NCBI RefSeq assembly: GCF_036321535.1
Contig: NC_087437.1
Coordinates: forward strand, 42,038,001-42,102,000
DNA from: Camelus dromedarius
Lineage: Eukaryota
DNA length: 64,000 bases
Direction: 5' to 3'
Shown in pieces: positions 50,279 through 63,849 of the stretch. How positions within the stretch are numbered: the first letter of the stretch is position 1; the number at the start of each line of letters is the position of its first letter. A program made the position numbers and the translations under genes. The notes beneath the pieces are model-generated. The model was not told the DNA's origin and searched no databases. It was given only the letters and a program-made list of their open reading frames with translations.

Positions 50279-51857
50279 TACATTATAGAGGGCTACTTAA
50301 TTATAGGTCATACTATAGTTTATAATTCTTTGAATTGCTCTGTGTATTCAAAATATTTTAATTAAATTTTATTCTAGTGGGCACACCGATAGGGAAAAAT
50401 AAAAAAGCACACTTTCCTTCTTTAAAACCTAAGACTTAAAACTGAAGACTCACTTCTGTTTTCATTCTATATGGTGAATTTGCAAGCGAAAAGAGACCTC
50501 TTTTACCCTGTAGGAATAACATGGAACTGTTGTATGCTCACCGTTCTGGTTCCTATCTCTTAGGGTATCTTTTTGTTTGACTCCTAGTTGTAGAAGGCTG
50601 TTTGGGAGTTCACTGGGAAAGTTTCAGCAGGAATGTGTGAGTTGAATTGCTTATTGCCAGCAGGATCAAAGAACTCTAAATTAGTCTTTTGCTCAAGAGT
50701 AAATAGAGACTTGCTTGGAAGTTTTGAGCCCATGGCAGTGTTTTACTCAAAGTGTCTGGCTGCAAGACTGCTTGCTGTAGGTGGTAAGCCATAAAGACTG
50801 AGTCCACAGTAAACCCAAGTCTGACTCTGTGGGCCTGGGATAGACAGCAATGCAAAGAGGGAGATTTCTCAATGGAAAATGCCAAGTTTTTCGTTCACTG
50901 GGGATTGCAACTGGGGAGGACTGTTAATTATGGGAAGAAAGGCAACCAGACAGTCACATACTCTAAGGCGGAAAAGAGAAAGTGTAGTCAGGGCAGTTGG
51001 AAGCATGCATTAAGATTGCAAAAGGGGAGACTTGCAAATACTTTTGCAGGTCAAACTTTCCTATTTGGCTGAGTAATTAATTGCTAAAGAGGCATAATAG
51101 AGTCTTCTCAAATGGTTCTTTAGAGATGCATGATTTGTGCACACAAGAAAACTATTGTGGAACAGGAAAGCTGGAAAACGACTAACTTGGCTAAACAAAA
51201 CCAAGGCATTTTAGCCTCTAAAAACAACTCTTTGCACTCTGATTTAATTTTCTGAAATGAGATTAGAACACAGCAGATTAAAAAGTTACCACCAGTAGGT
51301 AAAATGCTCTATTGTTCTCCAGGATACTATCCAGAGTGAGATCCAAGAATTCTCACTTGCTTTGTTAGTAACGTACTCAGTTGCATTTTTATCATCCCAG
51401 CAAGTGTGATGGCTTTAGTGATTTTTTTTTCCACAGGCAGACTGTTAGCTTTGGCTTTAGAAATATTTCTAATCCACACCAAATTTCGGATTCTTAATGA
51501 ATTAATTTAGTATGTACATACTCATTTCCTATGCAAAAATGGAGACCTACAGATTTTTGACACAGTTTTATCATGTGTTATTCTGTGTAATATTGTGATC
51601 TATCAAGACATCTTCCCTCATAACTCTCTCCACCATGACATCTGTCATGTGTCTGTTTGTAAATATTCAGAGAATAAAAGCATAGTATGCACATTTGTGG
51701 GTAGTGTTTCTCCGACCATCTATTCAGTCATACATTCAAGAAATGTTCCTGTGCAGGCCCTGAGCTGGGTTCTGTGGAATCAGTGACACACGGCACAGAT
51801 ATGATTCCTGGATTCGTGAAGCTTACCCTTACTGTTTTTGGAGAAGTAGAGGCCAGA

Positions 51858-52078
51858 CAGTTGACCCTTGAACAACACGGATTTGAACCTCACTGGTCCA
51901 CTTATACCCGGATTTTTTTCCAGTAGTAAATACTATTGTACTATACGATCTGTGGTTGGTTGAATCTGTGTATATGGAGGAACTGCATCTATGGAGGGCC
52001 GAGTGCAGGTTATACACAAATTTTCAACTAAGGGGATGGTTGGCCCTGCTGATTCCCTTGGTGTGCAGAGGTCAGCTG
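51858..52078 (+). mobile_element. Tigger2-derived MITE, copy 2 (same orientation as 13905-14128), apparently inserted in an antisense L2 fragment
   Basis: cagttgacccttgaacaacacggatttgaac...ggtccacttatacccggattttttt...acgatctgtggttggttgaatc...gcagaggtcagctg followed by TA. Confidence 0.85.
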
Positions 52079-53689
52079 TACTGTGAACAGGAACATGCAG
52101 TGGGATATATACTTAAAAATGGAGAGGAGGATGGGATGTTAGGGGAGCCCCTACAAGGAGGACCATTGCAGGTGGGTGATAAAGGCAACATCGCCTGGAA
52201 GAGTTGCTCTCTCAGCAGCATGCATATTCTGTCCTTTCACCCTTGGGTAATTTAAGGATTACAAATTAATATGCAGATTAACCTTGTACATTTTGGCATT
52301 TTATAATAGAAACTTTATCACTGTAATCTCTAAGAAATTACTTTAAAGTCAATTACCTAGATAAAAAAATTGTCAATGTAATGCAATTGCTGAGAGCCAG
52401 ATTTTGAATCTTTTTATCTGTCACTCATTCCTTTTTCACTATTCCCTCTTTTTCTTTTCCTTTTTTTTTTCTTGTCATCTCTTCTGTTTTTTTTCTTCTG
52501 TGCTGTCTTTCTTTTATATTTTCCTCTTGTGCATTTTCATTTCTTGTCTAATTTTGTTCATGACTCACGTGGCTACTTTTGCTCATGGGTTCTCCCCAGG
52601 CCTGATGAGCTCAGGAGTTGTATACCTCAGGTGTTAGGATATGGAGATCCGATGAGCATGATTTATCACATGCAGACTTTGAAATGTGGCTGGTAAAGTG
52701 TGCCATGTATAGAGCTGGTTTGGGGCTATAAATGTGATACTCAAGTTCTCAGACCTTTTAGCTGAATTTCTAAATATACGTGCAAAAGACATTATTAATA
52801 GGCCTGTGACTTTCCTGTTTTGAACAACAAGGGTGGCTCATTTGGACAACAGAGGTGCCAGCTGTGTGGCTCAAGAGAGTCCTTTATTTTATACAGAGAA
52901 CTGAATAATTTAAATTCCAAATAATTTTTTAAAAGACTTTGAGACAGTGATCAGTGCATATGACTGGTATAGAGTAGTTTGCTTGTAAATAACTCAAGAC
53001 TTCTTTCACGTTGACCTTGGATTTGTGAGATGTCTGCTTTATTATACGTGTTTGGGAGAATAAAAGGAAAACGTTTAAGAATGGAGGGCTTCAGGATCTC
53101 AGTAGTCGCAGTTCTGGAGAAAAACCTCGCATAGATAGATGGCATCCTCCACATAGATGTTTCCTGCTTGAGGGGTCCAGTCTAACTTTTCATTCTATTT
53201 CTCTGTTGGATGCATTTAGAATACTGTCCATTTTCTTTTCTGGATTGGGGCAGATGGTGCTGTCTCTTTTGATTATCTGTTTTTTAAAGAGAAATGTTGA
53301 TCATGAAGAACCAGAAATAAAACGTGGCCAGATTAAATTGAGAGCACAAATTATACAATCCAAGAAGAGCCAAATGTGTTCTATGTTTTTCTACTCAAAG
53401 TTTACCATGGTTCATGTTTGAGTTTTTAAAATTCAAGTTTGCTGTATTTTAAAATATCATATAAGATGGTTCTTGAGTTATTGGCTTGCTTTAACTTTAA
53501 TTTCTAAAAAAATGAAAGAAATATTTAGATGGGTTCTTTCTAGTCACGTTTAAATAAGAAAATCCTTGGGTAATAGCAGCTTTTGACAAATTCAAAATTC
53601 TTGGATAAATTCTACTTTATGCTAATAAAATCTCTCACCTGCAGTCTGCACATTTTCTCACTGCTGGCTAAGCGATCTTAAGCCAGAAT

Positions 53690-54690
53690 ATTTAACAGGT
53701 GTTCAAAACAGAAGTCTCAAGGAAGTGGACAAAGGGGCACAGAAGACAGCTTAAAGGGCCTCCCACTGGCTACATTTGGGACAGTTTTAGCATCCAAAAA
53801 AGTGGCAGTGGAGTATGACAAATTTTACTGAGGGAAAAAAGTAAATCATGAGTTCATAGATACTTAATGTGGGAGAGGGAGCTAATTAACAGAGAAGGAA
53901 TGATAGAGTTAGAAACATCACCATCTTGCAACTGTCAATATAATCATATCTTCTGGCAGAGATCATCGGCATGTATGACAGTCATCAGGTGCAAGGGGAA
54001 GGAGGTGCTTTGACAACGGGAAGATGTGTCACACAGTACATTAACTAAGTGACCAAAGTGCTGAACTTCACCAAAAGGTTCAGACTGGCACCACGTGCTT
54101 CCCTACGTGTTGGAATGGAAAGTACATCCACATGGAGCTCTCACCAAACATTTTTAACCTGAATCTAATTATGAGGAAATAATTACATGATCCAGACAGC
54201 TCTCTATGCTATAAGAAAACTGGTCTGGACTCCTTAAAAATATTAACTTTACCAAGGTGAAAAATATAGGGGATTTGTTCTAGATTAAAGGAGACTAATG
54301 CGACACGTTTCCTGATTGGATCCTGGAATTGGGTAGGGGTTGGTAAAGACATTATTGGAATGATTGGGGAAATTTGAATATGAAATGTAGATTAGATTTT
54401 ATTCTATCAATGTTAAATCTCTTGGTGTGATATTATTGTGGTTACATAAAAGAAGGTCCTTGTTTTTAAGAATGACTTGCTGAAGTTTTGGGGGTTGAAA
54501 TGTCATAAGATCAACTATTTCCTTTCAAGTAGTTCTGAAAAAAAGTGTGTGTGTACCTATAGGGATAAAATGTGAGCATGCAAGTAAAGCAGAATGTTAA
54601 TAATTGGTCAGTGTAGGTGAAGGGCATTTGGGTGCTCATAGTACTATTCCTTCACTTTTCTATAAATTAAAACTGTTTCAAAATATGTAT
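53690..54690 (+). mobile_element. L1MC4/5-like LINE-1 3' UTR
   Basis: cagcttaaagggcctcccactggctacatttgggaca...gttctagattaaaggagactaa...cctgattggatcctgga...aaagacattattggaatgattggggaaatttgaatatg...tgtaggtgaagggcatttgggtgctcatagtactattc. Confidence 0.8.
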
Positions 54691-57600
54691 TTTTACAAAT
54701 CAGGCAGTGTCGCAAAAAAAGTCCCTATTTCAAGATTCTCAGGAAAAATGGCAGTCTGTCAAACTTGGATTCCTTAGATCCTACTTGGCAATAGTTGATC
54801 GAATACATAGCAGCTGCCCCCTTTAGGCAGGTTGAAGGCCTTTTCAGTTTTCCACAGTCCTTACCCTTCCCTCTTGCCTGGCATATCCACCATCTTTTAC
54901 TCATTGGCATTACCTGCTTGGTGACTATATGCATTTGTTGATTTCCTGGGTGAGTTGGGTTGTACCATAAATGGTAAAGACATTTCTGTATGCTGGAACT
55001 CTGGTGGGTGATTCAGAGCCCAAACACATGGGGTCTGCTCTGGATTTGATTCCAGTATCAGCTGATGAGCTTCACTGGGTTCTTTGGCCATAAACTGAAT
55101 GTCTGTCCTTGTCCCCAAGTGTATATGATTTTGTCCTGTGAGACATCAGTTTTAAAAATGTGGATGTAAAAACTGTTCAAAACTTGCTACATTGTGGTAT
55201 ATTGATGTTCTCTTTTGGATTGAATGTGTTACAAAATTGTGCTCTCCGGATTCTGCCTGTCAGTTGAACAGTCTTGCAAAAGTATTGAATAAGCTACTTG
55301 AAAAGTTTTCAGTGTGACATGCCAAATCTTAAGGAAAAAACATTTTGTGGAAATGTTGATAGATGCCAGTGCAGAAAGTAGTGTATAAGCTTTAATTACC
55401 TTTGTAAGTCGTTCTATCCTATGTTTAAGTGATGGCCTTCCTGTTACACACCCAGGGAGGGTACCAGCTCTTTCTGGGTAATCATGGAGTTGAGCCTTCC
55501 CCCAGAATAAAAGAGCTATATCTGGCACAAGTTAGGGCTCAGTTCGCCAGCAACACGGTTCAAACATGCAGAGGGAAGGAAAGGAAGGAACCGGTGCTGG
55601 AGTCAGGCTTGCCAGGCAAGCATAGCTACCTAATACTTTATCCATTTCTGTGGGGTTTTCATCCCTATATAATTTGCTGTCGTTAAAAATGCTAGCTGCT
55701 TCTGTCCAGTTCCATGCAAATATATGATTTTTGCCTTGTGAAGTAAACATGAGAATTTTTCTTAGGGAATTTGACAGAAATGGGCATAGTATCTCCTAGT
55801 GTTTTTGGTGGAATCCAATATCACAAGAGGTGGTTGGGAGATAAACTCAGTTGATCTGAGATTCAACAAGGGTAATGCATCTGGTGCCTTCACCTTTCAT
55901 TAAAGCCCCAGACCTAACACTTTTCTGTTGTTCCCTCTTAACTGAAGTGTTACACAGCTTTTGCCCGAAGGGATCCACTTTGCCTGCAGGTGGATTAATA
56001 AGAATGTTCCTAATAGGGCTTTGCTCAGATTTTAGGCTGGAACAGAAAATCAGTCTTTCTTCTGAATTCCAGAAATAGCAACAAAAGCTCAGAGGAAATC
56101 AGCACCCCCTTGTCCCATTTACATTCTCTGGCCTTCCCTCCTGTCCAGCCGGGCACTCCAGCTGCAAAAGGAATTCATCTCTCTTCAGCTCCTTTCTCTA
56201 AGGTTCCAGAATCTGCCTGGAACCCAAGTTGCTCTTAAAAATATTTTCCGAGACTGGACGGCAACTGCCCACAACCTGTGTTCACCTACCTGCTACTTTC
56301 TTTTTACTGTTGAGAGTCCGTATTCCGTTTTCTGTCTTTCAGGATTTCAAATAGAGTAACCACTTAACCAGCTAAATGGCTAAAAAGATGTTTATCTCTG
56401 CATTTTTAGCATCAGGGTGATTGGTATCTGAAGATACTTCCAGCATATTTGTCTTTGCCGATTAACTGCATTGCCTTTATATTATGCAAACTTAATTCTT
56501 GTGATTTTACACTTCTTTAATATTTGTATTTGACACCATTAACTATGGATCATAATCACTGAATGACCGTTCTTAGGTAATTTACTTTTGTGTGCATTTA
56601 TTGATTCTTCTTTTTTCCCCCAGCATAAGTAATATTTTAAAAATGAAGAGAGCGGATTTATTTTTCTGATTGAAAAAGCAATTCAATAAGCATTTCTAAG
56701 CTGGCTGTCCTTCACCTTCATTTCTTCTCATCAGCGTTAGTAAAGCACTGACTGCATACCCAGCTTGTCCTTATTGTTGAGTCTTACTTTTCTTTTCCAT
56801 CCAAAAGTACTATTTATTTCTGTTTATTTAATTCTTATATTGGGTGTTTGCTATTGATTTTAAGCCTCTTATCCTAAAAATGGGCATGACCAGAAGTTCC
56901 ATATTTTCCATGCCCCTAGTTTGTTATTTATAATTTGTTAAAGAGAGCAAGTAGCTAAGTCGGCTCCTTGGCAGGTCTGAGAGAGCATATTATGCTATTG
57001 CCGGGCATATCTGAAAATGAGCCCTGAGGATGAGAACTAGGCAGAAGGTTTACAGAGAAATAATGCTGATGTCATTTCATTGGAATGAAGGGGCTGCTCT
57101 TACAACCGTAAATACATTCTATAACTAGCAGCTAAGTGTCTAGCTGTATTTCTTCTCTAAGAAGGAAAAAAATGTGAAACAAGCCAAAGAACTAAATTGT
57201 GTTTATAAAAGGGGATATTTTAATTAGTTTAGGCCTTACAGTTATGCAAACAGTCTGAACTTACAGTTCTTTTTGGAGCAAACATGAAAACCATTATTTG
57301 TGGAAAGTTTAAATTTCACATGACACATATTCCCTCTATGTGTGTGGGTTTTTTTTTTTTCTTGGTCCTTTTTTTTTTTAAAAAATTTTTTTGCTTTCCT
57401 AGTGTATTTTTATTTTAACCTTCCCTTTGCTAAAAATGCTTTTTTCTTGGGTGGAGATGTGCTTTTAGGAAGGAAGAAAGAAAGGCATAAGTCGCTGGGC
57501 AGAATCTCCCCTTCGCCTTTTTTGGTGTTTCCAAGTAAAGTAGTTTTCACATCACTGGGGGCATGTTTAAACTAGAGGCTCCCATCTCAACTCCTTTTCA

Positions 57601-60600
57601 TGAAATTACCTCCCCGCAGTGTATCTGTATCTGCAAAACAGAATGCCCCTCCTCTGGAACGCTGTCCCAGAGCGCCCCGTAATCATTTTTCCAACATCAG
57701 TCTTCACTGCAGGGTAGTGAGAAAGTGGTGAGGTAGAAGGTGGGTTGTCTTGTCCATCCACTTCAGCTGTGGTCACAAACGAAACTGAAGCAGGTAGAAA
57801 AATGATTTTAATCTATTTGCTTACCTTGTGGCAGCTTCAACATGGTGAGAAAGAAACACAAAGTTGTCTTATAAGACTTGCCTCTGGGCTACTTTACTTG
57901 CTGCGTCCCAGCAGGAAGAAGGTGGCCTTGATAATGAAGAAAGGGCACCTTGCCCCGCAGCCTTGCATTTCTGCTCTTTGGGGCAGTCTCTTGTTTGGTC
58001 GGCTCCCTCAAATTCTTGGGGGGGCGGGGAGGACAAAGACAAGCAAGACATTGTTTTCTTTTTAAACTTGATATAAAAGATATCCTAACGGTCGATCACC
58101 AGAACTGTTCTCTTTTGATCTGTTAATTTTGGTGAGGAGATTAGTTAGCTCTTCTTTTTTTCTCCTTTCTCACAATCTGGTGTGTGTGTGTGAGAGAGAA
58201 GAGACTGAGGAAAAGGAAGCACACGAGGGAGCAGGCTTGGTCCAGCTCTGAAATGTGCTCTGTGCCGCTGGTCTCCGAGGCTGCTTTCGGGCAGGGGTAC
58301 CCACTGAGGCCCCTCCGAGGCACAGGTACATCTTGCTTAGAGAGGGGTAGGCCAAGGTGTGAGTTAGCTCAGTTATTTAGGTCCTGGAATTGTGAATTTT
58401 GGCATTTTCATACCAGACCGTTCACTTTCATACAAGAGTTCATTTTCTATGTGGTAAGGAGCCGTCACTTTAGTTCAGTTAAACAAGTTTTATTTTCACT
58501 CTTGTTTGTGCAGATTGTGTGCCTGGCAGTTAATTTACTTTTTTCTCTTAGTCTGTGGCAGCACAAACGGAAAAGCATTAAATAAGTTGGTGTGAATACA
58601 TTTCCCCCTTCTTTTTCCACGTTCCCAATTCGGAACCTTGAAAGAAAGAAGGAATCCAGTCTGGCTTTGGAGCCGCGTTTCTCCTGCTCTCCTAGGGCGG
58701 TGATTGTCCCGTCACCACCTTCCCTCCTCACGCCCTGCGTTTTTTTATTTTTGATCTTCTCAGAATCCTTTGTTTATTTGGCTCCATTCATGGCCTACTT
58801 TTTCTTCTTCCTTTTTTTCACATGCCTTGTCCCTGGATCCAAAGGCCTTCGCTCTATTCATCTGACAACTTTTTCACAGTTTAAGGAAAAACAACCAACC
58901 ACACAGACCCTCTCGTGGCACTTAACCGGGTGTCTGCTGCCGCCTCCTCTTTCTCTCCTTTTCCCCTCAGTGCCGACGCCCCGCTGCTCTCAGCCCTCTG
59001 CCCCCCTCTCTCCACACCTTCCCCGCATGACCCCAGCTCGCTTTTAATTTGTTGTGACGCCGCCAGAGGTTCTCCTTGCTGTGGGACATGTACTGGGCTT
59101 GTGGTCCTGGGGGAACTACGTCTGGTCTCAGAGCCTCAGTTTCTCGTTTGTTCCCCAACTTCATTCCTCAGGCAGCAAAGACACCTGCAGGTATTGTGCT
59201 CAGACCTGGAGATGAAACTGTTGTGCTAAAGAGACCTCAGGCCTGCCTACTGTGGCAATACGGCAATACAGAGTGGAGGCAGGCCGCCTTGCCAGGCAGG
59301 TTGTAGAAATCAGCGCGGTGATGGTGCCTGACCAGCACACACCTGGGTGCTCAAGAAAATAGCAGCTTCCATTATTATAATCACACGGACAAAGGAAGTC
59401 CTGACCTCTGTTTGGAAGTTGTTTTTATCTCAGTCAGAGCCTTTCACTTGTATGTCTGGCTTTTACCTGAAACTCATTTTTTTTCCCTCAGTTTTAAGTG
59501 GATCCCCCCCCCCCCAATTCAGCCTCTTCCCCTTTTTTTTCTTTTTCTTTTTTCTTTTTCTTTCAAAAGCAGAACCAGTTCTTCTGTTATCTATCTGTGT
59601 GTGTTTGAAAGCTGGCTGGGGGGAGGGGAGTCTTCGGAAAAAAACTTCTTTAAACCTTTCTTTCATGGCCTGTATCTTGTAATAGTCCCGAGGATTCTGC
59701 TTTGCAGGGCTCTTATCATTCTCCCTTTCCCTCCTGGTTGAATAGGTGATCATCCCTGTTCTAGTCTAAACCTTTGTTACCTCAAGGATAGGGTCTGGCT
59801 TTTAAGACACCTTAAATGTCACTCACGGCAGAAGGAAATAAAGACTTCCTTCAGCTAGCTGTTTGACTGTATCTAGTGTCTGAAACCATGGGCTCCTTCA
59901 AACTTTAGAATAACCAGTGATTCAGAAAGTTTTGTCTTTGACAACTGAACCAGTTCATTTATTGCAACTACACTTATGTATTTTTTTGGTTTTTGTTTTT
60001 TTTTTTACTGACAATTAACTTCTGAAGTTCACAGTACTTACGGTTGACATAGTGGGTGCTTCCAAAAACTGTGAGGGTATGTTTTGACTCTAAACTAATG
60101 ATTTAATCTATTATCTGTATCTTCAAATTAACATGAATACATGCTTCTAAATGAATCTGTGACATTTAGTCTTTTGAATGGAGATTTTCTTTTGGTTGTA
60201 ATTTTTAAAAGTATATTGCCACCAGCTCATTTCTTTTTCTTGCCAAAATAAAAATAAACGTGTTCTCCTAAGCAGGATGCAATGGGGAAAAATGAAGAAC
60301 TGGTCGTTTTAAAATTTAGGGTGGTGCCAACTAGAAGTGCTTGTTATTTTTTATATAGAGTTGGTTTATTTACTGAGTCAGCAAGTGTCCGTGGAGCTCT
60401 GAGCCTGCAGGAACCGCGCGAGATGCCCCAGGCTGAGTGGGAGCACGTCCTGCACAGGGCCCGCCTGGCCCGTGGCCTGGTCTTGTGTCCGCCTCACGCT
60501 AAGCGGGAGGCTACATTTTTAAGTGGCTATAAACACAAGGAAGAATGTGTGACACAGGCCTCCGGCCCACAGAGTTAAAAACATTTACCATCTGGTTATT

Positions 60601-61239
60601 GACAGAACAAATTTACTCCAGACCTATAGTGTCTCTACCTTCCTGAAGCTTATACTTTAGTAAGAAAGACAAGTAATAAACAAGGGAACAGACAGAATAA
60701 TTTGCAGATTTTGACAACTGGTCTGAAGGAGGTATGTAGGGTACGAGAATGATTGGAGGGAGACTGGGGCAAGAGGGGTGGGGTTGAGGTGGGGTTCCTT
60801 GAAAGGGTGACTTTGAGATTAGACCTGAAAAGCCTGTGAAGGAGGGGTTGGGCTCACTCACCTGCTCTCACCCGTGGTTCCACTCACCTGTCGCCTCCAA
60901 ATGTCTGTTGGCCCGCAGCGCTCAGCTGGATGTTGGTTCCTAGGAAGCTTCTAGAAATGGTTTCTCTTAGATTGCCTTTACCATAGCACCTGTCACTTTG
61001 TAATTGCCTATTTGCTTTCATCCCCCCCCAACCTTGAAATATTTTGAGGGCAAGGACATGCCTTGATAGTCATGTATCTCTACGTACAGCTCATAATCTA
61101 GGTTGAACAGTTAAATAAATCTGCAAAGTCAAAATTAGGTTCTATCAAGCAGGTTGTGAAACTCAAAAGGTTCTTTTAGCAAAAGAAATAGATTCTTAAG
61201 TTTAAATTCTGTCATTTGTCCTTTTTGTGCACATCCTTC

Positions 61240-61800
61240 CTCCCTACTCCAAGCACTTCTCCCCTTTCACTTTGGAAACTGTTCTTGCCCCACCCCAAAA
61301 GTTACCCATTTCCCTATCTTACTAAAAGACACCATCATCCTTCTGTTGATCTATTCAGAAAGTAGAAATTAGCCTCGATTCTTCTCATCCCCTCACCCTT
61401 ACCTATCATATCCAATCCTTCAGCACCCATACCAAAACCAGTCCTGCTCTAAGCATCTTTTCTACCACCCCCAGCCCCGACCAGCTCCATCCTTCACGTG
61501 GACCAGTGCAGCAACGTACTGACTCATCTTTCTGCCGCCCCTCTTAGCTTCTGCATGTCCATTACTCACGCAGATGCCAAACAGATCTTTTCAAACTCAA
61601 GATAACGTCAGTTTCTCTGCTTAAACACTCCGGTAGCTGGCCATCGAACTTACAATAAATAAATAAAATTGAATTTAAAAAATCTGAACTCACAGCCCTG
61701 CATGAACTGGCCCCTGTGTCAACCTCATCTCTTCATTGCCCTCAGCTTCTCACTGCACTGTCTCCCCCTTCTCCTCCTTAAGGCCTTCTGTTCCCTGCTG
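61240..61800 (+). mobile_element. Degraded LINE-2 fragment
   Basis: C/T-rich L2-like text: caccatcatcc...ctcgattcttctcatcccctcacc...gaccagtgcagcaacgtactgactcatctttctgc...gatcttttcaaactcaa...ctctgcttaaacactcc. Confidence 0.6.
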
Positions 61801-62085
61801 CCTGTTGAAATATTAGATGGAATTCAGTGTTAATCTAGCCAACAATGTGAAGATGTAAACCAATAATAGCGGCAACTTAGCAAAAAACCACAGTGAAATC
61901 CCTACCCCAAAGATATCCCCATTCCTGATTTTCATTATCATGTTTATGGCATCAAAAGCCCATGGTAACAGGCAATTGACTTAATGATAGCCCTAGTTAA
62001 AGGCCTTGGGAAAGGAACTTGACAGCCTTACTGCCTTCTAATGGTATTAACTTTTTTTCTTTTTTTCCCTCTTTTTGCCATGCAG

Positions 62086-62144
62086 AGTATGAGTTGGAAG
62101 TAAAGAGGGTGCAAGACATTCTTTCGGGAATAGAGAAACCACAG
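62086..62144 (+). CDS. FNDC3B: FNDC3B coding exon D (59 nt; likely human exon 7 equivalent), (E)YELEVKRVQDILSGIEKPQ, leading into the first FN3 domain
   Basis: Long pyrimidine tract 62051-62076, acceptor tgcAG (AG 62084-62085), donor CAG|GTATGT at 62145. Phase 1 in matches exon C. Too short for the ORF track. Confidence 0.95.
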
Positions 62145-63849
62145 GTATGTCTTCTGGATTTCTCAGCATAAATGGCGCTTTTTTAAGTATTTCAAACATG
62201 TTTTTCTTTCACCACATAGTAGGTAAGCAAAGAGGCCCCTTCCCATTGCAGATTATTCATAAACTATGAAGTAGTGTTGTTATTAATGGCACATGAAAAT
62301 ATAAAACAGTAGTCTTCTGTTCAGTCATCATCCACCAAAATGTCTTCTTTATTTGGATATTCTGAATGCAATTAGGTATTCTTCCCAACTTCCAAAGATA
62401 CACCTCTACCCACCACCCCCAGGTCTACAGAACAGTTTTCTTTTGGCAGTTTCCCTTTACCTGTGTAAATGTAGTAATTATAATTTTTGAAATCTCAGTC
62501 ATTCAAAGTATTTTTCCAGGTAAATTTCAAAAAGAGATTCAAATATTAGCCGAGAAAAATAAATCCGAAGCATAATGGCAAGGGGTATAATGGCCAGGAA
62601 AAAATTTGGTGGGAGTAGTGATATTGTGAGGTTTTAAGTTTGATTTTGCCAGGTGCTTTGAAATTCAAGTGAAAAATTGAAAATGTTGATTCAGCCTTTC
62701 ATCTGAGTTTAGAGAGCCAAAGTTCCTTGGAGTGTTTTCTAGCTGAATTGGAAAACCTTGATTCTTCATGTGTTTCAAATACTGAGGCTTTTTAACAGGA
62801 GGGTCCAAGCATGCCTCAGGGTACATAGCTGAGTTTGACTAAACCTAGAAGCATGAGGTGTGCTGGACTGTGGGCACAATAGGGCGCTTGTAGGGCTGTG
62901 GGGTGTTGATGCTGGGAGGGGGAGTCTGCACTTAAGCCGGCGAGGAGCAAGTTGCCATTGAGAGTTTACGAGCAGAGAAGTTACATAATCAGGGCTGCCC
63001 TTTCACAATGATCAATGAGCTGGCAGGTGCATTGAAGTGAGAGAAGAGGATGGGCCCAGGAAGGCACATGTTAGAAATCTCTTGTGCCAGTGGGAGGCTG
63101 TGGGAGTCACACTGAGTGTGTGGCATCAGGTGTGGCAAGGAGAGGATGGATTCTAGAGCCATTCTAGAGAGAGATCAGTAAGGCATTACAATCTGTTAGA
63201 TATCAGTGTCATGAACAGCTGGGCTTCCAGGCTTGGATGCCTCCTTTCAGGAGATGCTTCCTCCGAGCTGGCTTCCCTGATTGCCGTCCCCGCCCATCAA
63301 GTGGGATACTCCACATGGTACCTGGTGCCACAGGACTGCCCCAGCATCGCTGTTCTCTCCGTGTATGTCGTACATCGTACTCTGTTCACTTGTTTCTGTG
63401 TCTTCCCCGGTAGTCTGTGAGTTCCTCCAGAATAGGTTCACGCCTGTGTCCTTCTTATATCTTCGATGCCATTCTCGAACAGGCTTACATTTAGAGTGCA
63501 GTAGAAAGAAGGAAAATCCGTGAGGAACACAGAGAAGTCATAATCAGGGCGAGAAGGTGGGGCGACAGGCTAGCTGGCTGTCCCAGGTGTAGTCCCCCAG
63601 CTTCAGAGTCTTTTCCGCCATGCACACACACAGTGTTCTGCTTGAGTTTTTCCTGGTCATGTCTTCACTGCAGAAGTGACGGCGTCTGTTCCTGAGGGTC
63701 ATGTAGCTCCAGCAAGATAAAAGCAACATTGACACTCAGTGGCCATTTCCTTGATTCCTTTACTAAGCCCTTAACTCTGTGTAGGTTTCAGAGTAGAGTA
63801 GACAGGCTGTCGTGTAAATAGTAGTGATGTTAGGTGTAATGTAGTAAGA

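Noticed and set aside
8852..62144. Assignment to the paralog FNDC3A or to a processed pseudogene
   Set aside because: The peptides (GPAEVPMMSPNGSIPPIHVPPGYISQ, EYELEVKRVQDILSGIEKPQ) match FNDC3B as I recall it; introns are present and the spliced frame is intact.
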